A stretch of 64,000 nucleotides of DNA from the sequence record OM386658.1. The stretch is one strand, 5' to 3'. Position numbers and translations under genes: made by a program. This stretch comes from Escherichia phage vB_EcoM_ESCO32. The notes beneath the pieces were generated by a model. It was given only the letters and a program-made list of their open reading frames with translations, was not told the DNA's origin and ran no database searches. Positions 7,961-14,577 of the stretch are shown in pieces. Each line of letters begins with the position of its first letter. The first letter of the stretch is position 1.

Positions 7961-8020
7961 GCGGGAAACCATTTCCCGCCCTATGTGATAAACTATACCA
8001 GAATATAAAACGTTGTCAAC
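7961..8020 (-). promoter_or_regulatory. early promoter plus leader stem-loop cassette
   Basis: minus strand TTGACA-16 bp-TATAGT then GGCGGGAAAtggTTTCCCGCC (7961-7981). Confidence 0.6.
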
Positions 8021-8028
8021 TGTTTTTA

Positions 8029-8268
8029 TTACATTCCAACCATAGCGGCACGGATTGCAGTTTTACTATACTTGAATCCGTCCGGTGTTTTATCTTGTCC
8101 AGTTTGCTCCAGGAATAACATCATATCACGCGCGGCATCATTCTTATTTGTATTAGCTGCGATAAATTCACGCGCAAGATTATAAAAACCTTCATCGTTG
8201 TTGATCCAAAGGCTTACATTCCAATGAGTTTTGTTTTTGTGACCGTTGTACATTTTAGATTTAGCCAT
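8029..8268 (-). CDS. hypothetical early protein (about 79 aa)
   Basis: ORF track frame 8029..8325; track start overlaps the -10 TATAAT; in-frame ATG (MAKSKMYNGHK) downstream of hairpin chosen. Confidence 0.5.
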   Translation of the reverse strand: MAKSKMYNGHKNKTHWNVSLWINNDEGFYNLAREFIAANTNKNDAARDMMLFLEQTGQDKTPDGFKYSKTAIRAAMVGM

Positions 8269-8291
8269 GATGTTAATCTCTTTTTCAGTGA

Positions 8292-8350
8292 GGCGGGAAC
8301 TATTCCCGCTCTCTATGCAAAACATTATACGCCTTTAAACCTAGTTTGCA
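8292..8350 (-). promoter_or_regulatory. early promoter plus leader stem-loop cassette
   Basis: minus strand TTGCAA-16 bp-TATAAT then GGCGGGAAtagTTCCCGC. Confidence 0.6.
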
Positions 8351-8370
8351 AGTGCTTTTTAAAAATATGC

Positions 8371-8601
8371 TTAGATTGCAATCGCGTCTAGGCTATAATA
8401 ATAATAAGTGCCGTATTGGTGTACTTTATTACCTTTTATTTCAGTGCTGAATGAATCCGAACGATTAGCATATGATGTTAATTTATAATACTTTGCTTTA
8501 CTAATACGTTGCCATACACCGCAGATCCGCTGTAAGTAAGTAGTTTTATTAGTAGTAGTATCTTTTACGGTTTTAACTTCGGTCATATACATATTAGCCA
8601 T
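8371..8601 (-). CDS. hypothetical early protein (about 76 aa)
   Basis: ORF track frame 8371..8634; track start is inside the leader hairpin; in-frame ATG (MANMYMTEV) chosen. Confidence 0.45.
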   Translation of the reverse strand: MANMYMTEVKTVKDTTTNKTTYLQRICGVWQRISKAKYYKLTSYANRSDSFSTEIKGNKVHQYGTYYYYSLDAIAI

Positions 8602-8620
8602 TTTATTATACCTAGTTATA

Positions 8621-8683
8621 GGCGGGGGAACCATTCCCCCGTCCTGATATGAAACATTTTACGCTTTTTATTCGTGCTGTCAA
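8621..8683 (-). promoter_or_regulatory. early promoter plus leader stem-loop cassette
   Basis: minus strand TTGACA-16 bp-TAAAAT then GGACGGGGGAAtggTTCCCCCGCC. Confidence 0.6.
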
Positions 8684-8689
8684 TGCTTT

Positions 8690-9055
8690 TTATAAATCTT
8701 TTTTACGTTTAACATCGCTTGCATGACTGTATACAGCGATCCCATTGTCACGGCAAAAACGGGAAAGGTAAGCATAATTTGAAAAGTCTTTGCCTTCCAG
8801 GTTGATGACCTTGCTAAACTCTTCCAGGGCAACGGTATCAAAATGATCCCCGTAACCATAGTGAAACGGAACGTTAACGACTTCAATCAGTTTACCGCCG
8901 ATCTCAACGTCAACCATCAAAGAGAAATAAGTATTACCATAAGACTTTTGAAACCAGCGACGGGCGCTAATATGTACCGCTTCAATGCTGGATAGTTCAA
9001 TTTTAGCAGTGTTAGCCAGGGTAGCATAAGCAGAAACATTGATATTTTTAGCCAT
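8690..9055 (-). CDS. hypothetical early protein (121 aa)
   Basis: ORF track; ATG; promoter upstream. Confidence 0.55.
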   Translation of the reverse strand: MAKNINVSAYATLANTAKIELSSIEAVHISARRWFQKSYGNTYFSLMVDVEIGGKLIEVVNVPFHYGYGDHFDTVALEEFSKVINLEGKDFSNYAYLSRFCRDNGIAVYSHASDVKRKKDL

Positions 9056-9102
9056 AGTCTTTAATCTCTTTTGATTAGTTAGGAGTATTCCCGATAAAAG
9101 TT

Positions 9103-9131
9103 ATTATGCTTGTACTATCGTTCGTTGTCAA
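9103..9131 (-). promoter_or_regulatory. sigma70-type promoter (no hairpin)
   Basis: minus strand TTGACA-17 bp-CATAAT. Confidence 0.5.
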
Positions 9132-9150
9132 TAGCACAAGACTAAAACTT

Positions 9151-9330
9151 TTAACGATAATCATCATATGCTTTATTGACCTGGCGAATATAGCATTCAA
9201 AAGCTAGATCAATAGATTTATATTCACGGATATAATTACCATAGGAAACCACATACATTTCTATAGCTTCCTCATATGCCAGGAGGATAGAATCTAAACC
9301 TACGATCTCAGTCTTCGCAATAATAGCCAT
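9151..9330 (-). CDS. small hypothetical protein (59 aa)
   Basis: gap ORF MAIIAKTEIVGLDSILLAYEEAIEMYVVSYGNYIREYKSIDLAFECYIRQVNKAYDDYR; tandem promoters upstream. Confidence 0.45.
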   Translation of the reverse strand: MAIIAKTEIVGLDSILLAYEEAIEMYVVSYGNYIREYKSIDLAFECYIRQVNKAYDDYR

Positions 9331-9367
9331 GCTTTTATTCCTTAGTAATGTTTCAATCTATATAAGC

Positions 9368-9472
9368 ATTATAGCTTACTGATTTTAGGTGTCAACTGAT
9401 TTTTTATTTCACCTTTGAGAAGTTGCCCCGCTCTATGTGGTACATATTACGGGGCTTGTTTGCATATGTCAA
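9368..9472 (-). promoter_or_regulatory. two tandem sigma70-type promoters with long-loop GC hairpin between them
   Basis: minus strand TTGACA-17-TAATAT (9444-9472) and TTGACA-16-TATAAT (9368-9395); GCCCCG...CGGGGC inverted repeat around 9424-9455. Confidence 0.5.
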
Positions 9473-9475
9473 CCC

Positions 9476-10030
9476 TTACACAATGCAATTTTCATAATTT
9501 TTTAAGGCTTGTATTTTTTCCTCTTCTGTCGGCGTGTATGGCTGGATCTCTTCCTCTTCCATGTTAGGCATGATTTCTTCCTCTTCCTCCTGGTCGTCCT
9601 GGTCTTCCTCTTGCGCTATGGTAACAAGTTTATTGATCTTCTCCTGGGCTTTAATCAATTTTGCATCTAGCACCATTTTAGCGGTGTTGTATACAGTCCA
9701 TGCCATGCGCTTTTCTTCGTATGCCTTATCTAGTGCGGCTAATTTAGCGGGATACTCTTCTAACACCTTAAAAGCCGGATCAATGCTATATAAGGGATTA
9801 TTTTTAGCGTCATCGCTTGGATCTGCGGCGCTTGCAATGTCAGCGTTACCGTTTGCCAGCCAACCAGGGCGAACGGATCGCGTCTTTGTGTGACCGTTGC
9901 TCTTTGCCGCTCGATTCCCTATCTGCTCCCCGCTGTACCCTACCATGTGATCGATCATGTCATCTGGTATTATGCGCGGATCATTAGCGTCATGCTTTAC
10001 CCATGACTGGATCACATATTCACGCCCCAT
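9476..10030 (-). CDS. hypothetical protein with strongly acidic C-terminal tail (184 aa)
   Basis: ORF track; C-terminus QEEDQDDQEEEEEIMPNMEEEEIQPYTPTEEE; start overlaps the upstream gene end. Confidence 0.55.
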   Translation of the reverse strand: MGREYVIQSWVKHDANDPRIIPDDMIDHMVGYSGEQIGNRAAKSNGHTKTRSVRPGWLANGNADIASAADPSDDAKNNPLYSIDPAFKVLEEYPAKLAALDKAYEEKRMAWTVYNTAKMVLDAKLIKAQEKINKLVTIAQEEDQDDQEEEEEIMPNMEEEEIQPYTPTEEEKIQALKNYENCIV

Positions 10031-10292
10031 GTTCGTTCGCCTCTTCTGTTAGTAGTTTACACACCTTAAACATGCTTGCCGCGTCTTTTGACGGTAGCCA
10101 GCCTATGCGATACACTCCAGGATCTGGATTCGTTATATCCGTTAGTTGGGCATTACGATGATTAAAAATAGTGTAACCGCCGCCAGCACGGGGATAAACA
10201 TTATCTTTAAACCTGATAGCGTATCTCGCCAGGTTGAACGTCGTAGCATGTTCAAAAGCGATCACATTATCAAAAACTTTTAGAAAAAACAA
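10020..10292 (-). CDS. hypothetical early protein (90 aa)
   Basis: ORF track; TTG start with GGAGGA RBS 5 nt upstream. Confidence 0.5.
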   Translation of the reverse strand: MFFLKVFDNVIAFEHATTFNLARYAIRFKDNVYPRAGGGYTIFNHRNAQLTDITNPDPGVYRIGWLPSKDAASMFKVCKLLTEEANEHGA

Positions 10293-10294
10293 GA

Positions 10295-10441
10295 TTATCC
10301 TCCCCAGCGTTTAAAGCCCGTTGCACGGTTATTTTTTAACTCTCGTTTTAGTCTCTTGCAACGGTTTACAAGTGCAAACCGTGCCGGAGTGGTAACAGTA
10401 GCGCCGTTTTTGGTGTGAATACTCATTACATATTGTTTCAT
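10295..10441 (-). CDS. possible small basic protein (48 aa)
   Basis: gap ORF MKQYVMSIHTKNGATVTTPARFALVNRCKRLKRELKNNRATGFKRWGG downstream of cassette. Confidence 0.35.
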   Translation of the reverse strand: MKQYVMSIHTKNGATVTTPARFALVNRCKRLKRELKNNRATGFKRWGG

Positions 10442-10460
10442 AAAGTTTTATCCTATGTAA

Positions 10461-10514
10461 GCGGGAACTATTCCCGCTTTAAGATAGCTTATCAGGTTTT
10501 AGTGCAATGTCAAC
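10461..10514 (-). promoter_or_regulatory. early promoter plus leader stem-loop cassette
   Basis: minus strand TTGACA-16 bp-TAAGCT then GCGGGAAtagTTCCCGC. Confidence 0.55.
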
Positions 10515-10519
10515 CGTTT

Positions 10520-10882
10520 TTATTCGTAAATTTTACCGCTTTCCACCCATACCATAACACGGCGCATGTTATCCCATGCATCTTGTCGCAGATTTAAGGC
10601 ATGCAATTCTTCCGTGGTGCTCATACCTGGAACGGGCTTATTATACGTTACAAAGAGATCGCCAGCATATTCATAAGCCAGGGTAAGATCACATTGAATC
10701 ATCTTTTTAATCATAGCATCAAGCATCATATTAGCGGCATGTTGATCACGTTTTAACGGTAATGTCGCGATCTGTGTGCGATAGCTTTCGATCCGTGCAT
10801 CCACTGCATCACGCGAAAGATTTTTCACGTCATCGCGGAAAGATACCAGGTTTAACATGATAGTATTGATTTGCTTGCTCAT
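10520..10882 (-). CDS. hypothetical early protein (120 aa)
   Basis: ORF track; ATG with AAAGGG RBS. Confidence 0.55.
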   Translation of the reverse strand: MSKQINTIMLNLVSFRDDVKNLSRDAVDARIESYRTQIATLPLKRDQHAANMMLDAMIKKMIQCDLTLAYEYAGDLFVTYNKPVPGMSTTEELHALNLRQDAWDNMRRVMVWVESGKIYE

Positions 10883-10904
10883 TGTGTTACCCTTTCTTTG
10901 ATTT

Positions 10905-10964
10905 GGCGGGAAACCATTTCCCGCCCTATGTGGTATATATTACTAAATTATTTTTCAGTGTCAA
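10905..10964 (-). promoter_or_regulatory. early promoter plus leader stem-loop cassette
   Basis: minus strand TTGACA-16 bp-TAATAT then GGCGGGAAAtggTTTCCCGCC (10905-10925). Confidence 0.6.
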
Positions 10965-10967
10965 GCC

Positions 10968-11240
10968 TTAAAGCAAAAATGCTACATCTTGCGCTTTTAG
11001 TGTAGTGTCGATCATTTTCGGGCTTTTATAATCAACAAAGCGCGCGGTTTTTTCAATAGCGAAACCTAAATAATCTTGCTTATTGAAATTACATTCTTTT
11101 TTAAATGTTTCCCGTGCCACGGTGATCGCTGCATCCAGGGATAAACGCCCATCAATATTAATATTAGCGAAAGATCCGCCACCGCGCATAGGTTTACCAG
11201 TGATACCCATTACGATCATTGATGCGCTATATGATGCCAT
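10968..11240 (-). CDS. hypothetical early protein (90 aa)
   Basis: ORF track; ATG; cassette upstream. Confidence 0.55.
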   Translation of the reverse strand: MASYSASMIVMGITGKPMRGGGSFANINIDGRLSLDAAITVARETFKKECNFNKQDYLGFAIEKTARFVDYKSPKMIDTTLKAQDVAFLL

Positions 11241-11262
11241 GATTATTTCTCTCTTCTGTTAT

Positions 11263-11320
11263 GAGCGGCACTATTGCCGCCCTATGTGATACATCTTATC
11301 AGATTAAAAAACGTTATCAA
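11263..11320 (-). promoter_or_regulatory. early promoter plus leader stem-loop cassette (variant B)
   Basis: minus strand TTGATA-16 bp-TAAGAT then GGGCGGCAatagTGCCGCTC (11263-11282). Confidence 0.55.
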
Positions 11321-11328
11321 GAATATTT

Positions 11329-11424
11329 TTAAAAAATAATAACCGCTACTACAACCCAAAATGGAACGGCGAGAATGATAGCGTTAATCGTTCCAACCGC
11401 CAAGCTGTTTTCTTTCTTGATCAT
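11329..11424 (-). CDS. possible small membrane peptide (31 aa)
   Basis: gap ORF MIKKENSLAVGTINAIILAVPFWVVVAVIIF; first gene position of the minus array; speculative. Confidence 0.2.
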   Translation of the reverse strand: MIKKENSLAVGTINAIILAVPFWVVVAVIIF

Positions 11425-11692
11425 CGTTATCAACCTTTTATAAGTAATGTTATTGTGACGGTGGATTGTGGAGATCCTCACCTTTGCCCGTCCTGCATTG
11501 CGCCCTCCTTTTGTTTATTGTCGTTGTGCCTCGCCCCCCTCGACAAGATGAATAATACGCTACCAGGTGAGGAACGTCAACCCCTTTTTTAATCTTTTTT
11601 TCATTTCTTTTTTGCTTGCTATCTATAAAGGAAAGGGGCTATTATCTTTCTACCGCGCCAACCAGGGCGCACATCAAAGAAAGGGCGATACC

Positions 11693-11959
11693 ATGACAAA
11701 TACTACTTTACACCTCATGCACTCATTAGGCTGGCAAGGCGGCACGGTGCACCAGGTAGCAAGCGCAACGGGCTTAAAGGTTGAAACCGTTCTCAACCTG
11801 GGCGATCATAAGGTGGAAGAAATAGATCATTTTGATACGTTCGCAAATGGTTATCTATGGGCTTGCAGTGGCGGCGGGGAAAGCAAGATCCCACCAGGGG
11901 CGCGGGGTGATATGTATTTTTGGTTAGGTGTCCTATCCTGGCAAGAAAACAAAAAATAA
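11693..11959 (+). CDS. hypothetical protein (about 88 aa)
   Basis: ORF track frame 11567..11959; start placed at in-frame ATG (MTNTTLHLMH) with AAAGGG RBS. Confidence 0.4.
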   Translation: MTNTTLHLMHSLGWQGGTVHQVASATGLKVETVLNLGDHKVEEIDHFDTFANGYLWACSGGGESKIPPGARGDMYFWLGVLSWQENKK

Positions 11960-11962
11960 TAT

Positions 11963-11990
11963 TGACAAGCCCAGGGATCGGGCTTATACT
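11963..11990 (+). promoter_or_regulatory. sigma70-type promoter with palindromic spacer
   Basis: TTGACA-16 bp-TATACT on plus strand; spacer contains AGCCC...GGGCT inverted repeat; no downstream ORF identified. Confidence 0.45.
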
Positions 11991-12221
11991 GTCTTACATA
12001 CAGAAGAGGAAGCGCCACCCCCACGGCGTAAAGGCGGGGCTAACATACCAGGGCACTACTGGTTGGAAGGTTGATCGCCGGTAGCTCGTCTAAAATAAAT
12101 TTGTAAAGAAATGTAAAGATAAAAATAATTGCTTGCTTTTGTTGTTGGTTATGCTATTCTTATTGTATGGCGAGGGGACACGGGAGCGCGAGACAAACAC
12201 CGCCCCTGCGCGTTATTCTCT

Positions 12222-12332
12222 AAATGAGAAAATTCTCATTTGCTAATGATTCTCATTCTCTTACTGAGAATGATTATCACTTACATAGTTAAATGATAAT
12301 GATTCTCATTTACAAATGAGAATCATTATCAT
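12222..12332. promoter_or_regulatory. cluster of AT-rich palindromes with Fur-box similarity
   Basis: AAATGAGAAaaTTCTCATTT (12222-12241) and perfect 19-bp inverted repeat ATGATAATGATTCTCATTTacAAATGAGAATCATTATCAT (12293-12332); halves fit TGATAATnATTATCA at 13-14 of 15. Confidence 0.4.
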
Positions 12333-12353
12333 ACGCACACCTATAAAAACACG

Positions 12354-12552
12354 AAATTGAACTTTTCATTTTTGATTTTTCTACGGAAAAAGGCAAAAAA
12401 ACTTTAAATAAACTGGGGAATTTTTAAAAAATTGAAGTTTTCATTTTCTAAACCTGGATAGAAATACGTACAAAAACTTTAAATAATTTTGACCAAACTT
12501 GAACTTTTCATTTTCTAAATTTGTACCCAAAAATCTGTAAAAACTTTAAATA
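12354..12552. repeat. three tandem imperfect 58-bp direct repeats (iteron-like)
   Basis: units at 12354-12411, 12429-12486, 12495-12552 share TTGAAcTTTTCATTTTcTAAA ... AAAAACTTTAAATAAtTTTG; ORF-free AT-rich region. Confidence 0.6.
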
Positions 12553-12772
12553 ATTTTGTCCTTTTTATAAAAATGATTTTACTGTTCTGTTATAAATAGT
12601 AGCTAAGAGATAATGTGTCTTTTAAAAACCAAATAGCATAGTCCAACAAACAAATTAAATAATTTATTAACAGAGTACAAAATAATACTTACTCTGGATA
12701 TATTATTCAGAGGGTGAATTTCCGTACATGAAACCCACACCCCTTTTTATAAAAATAAAAATTTTCAAAATA

Positions 12773-13324
12773 TCAGGAAATATCAGATTGTGCTTTTAGA
12801 TAAACAGCAAGGTCTGTATGCCATTTTCCTAAAAGATTTTGTCCTTTCCAACAGTCCTTATTTTCCACATCACGATCCCACATCCCCATTTTGATACCAT
12901 AAATAGAATCATAAGGGCTTGCCTCTACGAACTCCTTATCGGCGTAAGCAATAAGTTTATTTTTGAGATCTTCATTTTGTGTGTATTTAAGATACAAACC
13001 ACGCTTGACAATCTTCTCTCGTAAAGAAGTCCAGGTATCTTCATCATAATCTTTAACTAATCTGCCTAGTCGCTTATAATATGCTTGTTCTTTTTCTCCT
13101 GTATATCTTAGACCTCCGGTTAAAATAGAAGATGCAATGTTGTAATCATAAAATAAACATGCTTTTCTCCACATCATATATTGTTCCACACAAGTAAATT
13201 CAACAGAACTTGTAATAGAATTATTATACTTGGGAGCTAAAGGTTCAATAAAAGATGATAGATACCAGTTGCTAAATTCATCTTTTGCCGAGAAGAAGAA
13301 CACATACTTATCAGTAATCCGCAT
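12773..13324 (-). CDS. NADAR-domain (YbiA-like) protein, putative ADP-ribose or N-glycoside hydrolase
   Basis: ORF track 183 aa; FFFSAKDEFSNWYLSSF ... EQYMMWRKA ... ASPYDSIYGIKMG ... GQNLLGKWHTDLAVYL follows the NADAR pattern recalled from E. coli YbiA. Confidence 0.7.
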   Translation of the reverse strand: MRITDKYVFFFSAKDEFSNWYLSSFIEPLAPKYNNSITSSVEFTCVEQYMMWRKACLFYDYNIASSILTGGLRYTGEKEQAYYKRLGRLVKDYDEDTWTSLREKIVKRGLYLKYTQNEDLKNKLIAYADKEFVEASPYDSIYGIKMGMWDRDVENKDCWKGQNLLGKWHTDLAVYLKAQSDIS

Positions 13325-14503
13325 TTACACCTCCTTACTGTATACTAACTTGCCACCATGTTGTGTAATAATTTTTTGAAGATTTTCCAAATCAGAAGCA
13401 CTTACTGTTTCTGTATGACCATCTTTCAACTCTCTTGCTGTTAAAATACCAGTTTTTAGTTTTTTCTTTATAGCTCTTTCAGCAGCCTTACACTGTTTCA
13501 CTGTACTAAAATCATATAAACAAATACGCTCCATAAAAAACATATTATGCCTATTTTGATTGTTTAATCGCCTGTCACTATCTTTAGCTATGCCAAACTT
13601 AAGAGCAACTATAATATCATTATCTTTAACAATATTAATATATAATTGCTGTTGACTATGACCTGCACATTGTGGACAACCTTGACCGTGGCTTAATAAG
13701 TTATTAACACGCCCTATCTGCTCCCCATGCACAAGACAAAGATATTTAAACTTACCTGTAGAAGATGGTTTGGTAATCCAATCTACCCAGACATACCCTT
13801 TCCCTTCTACTTCCTTTTTTACCCTATAGGTGATCTGGTCTTCTGTATACTGATAGTTCCCACAACGACACGGAATGTACCCTTGTTTAAGGCGATTTCC
13901 TTTAGAGTAAAATTTACCATCACAAACACCTGCTTGAACATATTCATCATGAGAGCAAACAGGACATTCAACCATCCAGGTAATATGCCTACATCCTTTA
14001 CCCCGTGTTCCTGTGTTAGTGAAGATAGTGCCTTCCTTAAATTTCCCTGTAGAAAAGAAACCTGCAATATGTTGATCGTCGGACATTGTTTGTTTCTCCC
14101 TCCTACATTGTGGACAACCTCGACCGACTTTAAATTGATCAATTGCTGTACTTTGCCATCTATTCCCACAATGGCACAACAAATCAAGTTTTGTGTAACA
14201 CCCTTTCCATTCTCCAACGTACCCTAATACTTGATACTCCTTCTTCTGTGCTATCTCTTCCAAGATCGGTAATTCTGCTTCCCATGTTAACGGCTTATTC
14301 CTTGCACATGTCGGACAACCACGTCCATTCTTAAAATCATTAATGCTCGTGGTGTTCCATTCTCCATGATCAGAGCAAGATAGCTTAAGTTTAGTCTTGT
14401 TCCCTTTCCATTCTCCCGTCCATCCTAAGATTTGGATTTGCTTACTCTCTGCTATTGGTTGACACTCTTCTTTATATTGTTCCCATGATTTTGGTGCTAC
14501 CAT
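13325..14503 (-). CDS. zinc-ribbon repeat protein with C-terminal GIY-YIG/T5orf172-like domain
   Basis: ORF track 392 aa; at least three copies of G(W/Y)xGEWKG...KLxLxC..(H)G..W.....I..FK.GRGCP.CA; C-terminal LYINIVKDNDIIVALKFGIAKDSDRRL. Confidence 0.65.
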   Translation of the reverse strand: MVAPKSWEQYKEECQPIAESKQIQILGWTGEWKGNKTKLKLSCSDHGEWNTTSINDFKNGRGCPTCARNKPLTWEAELPILEEIAQKKEYQVLGYVGEWKGCYTKLDLLCHCGNRWQSTAIDQFKVGRGCPQCRREKQTMSDDQHIAGFFSTGKFKEGTIFTNTGTRGKGCRHITWMVECPVCSHDEYVQAGVCDGKFYSKGNRLKQGYIPCRCGNYQYTEDQITYRVKKEVEGKGYVWVDWITKPSSTGKFKYLCLVHGEQIGRVNNLLSHGQGCPQCAGHSQQQLYINIVKDNDIIVALKFGIAKDSDRRLNNQNRHNMFFMERICLYDFSTVKQCKAAERAIKKKLKTGILTARELKDGHTETVSASDLENLQKIITQHGGKLVYSKEV

Positions 14504-14540
14504 CTACTACTCCTTTTATTAAATCTGGCATCAATACAAG

Positions 14541-14568
14541 AAAACCCGCCGGAGCGGGTTTTTATTTG
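14541..14568. terminator. intergenic GC hairpin, possible attenuator/terminator
   Basis: AAACCCGCcggaGCGGGTTT followed by TTTATTTG on plus strand and weaker U-tract on minus; lies between two minus-strand genes. Confidence 0.4.
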
Positions 14569-14577
14569 CTGGCTTAC

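Noticed and set aside
1930-8634. ORF-track start codons at 1930, 2770, 3842, 5216, 8325 and 8634
   Set aside because: These longest-ORF starts fall inside the -10 element, promoter spacer or leader hairpin; in-frame downstream ATG codons with RBS were used instead
8680-8886. 68-aa ORF 8680..8886 in an alternative frame
   Set aside because: Overlaps the longer 8690..9055 ORF on the same strand in another frame; the longer ORF has the promoter and RBS
9534-9893. 119-aa Ser-rich ORF antisense to CDS 9476..10030
   Set aside because: Low-complexity translation (runs of S and W), fully inside the opposite-strand gene, no RBS
1572-11282. Repeated 21-bp GC-rich palindromes could be a CRISPR array
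   Set aside because: Spacing is irregular (hundreds of bp), each copy sits in a 5-prime UTR between a promoter and an RBS, and the intervening sequence is coding; not a repeat-spacer array
1572-11282. GC-rich hairpins as intrinsic terminators of the upstream genes
   Set aside because: They lie downstream of -35/-10 promoter pairs in the direction of transcription and are not followed by U-tracts; true terminators with T-runs are found elsewhere (826-850, 2305-2336)
11960-12220. GC-rich transcribed region downstream of the promoter at 11963 as an ncRNA or tRNA
   Set aside because: No tRNA cloverleaf signatures (no GTTCGAATC-type T-arm) and no conserved structure I can defend; left unannotated
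13727-14227. ORFs 13727..14227 (+) and 13819..14217 (-) inside the zinc-ribbon gene
   Set aside because: Alternative-frame and antisense overlaps of a long ORF with repeated conserved Cys motifs; no independent start signals
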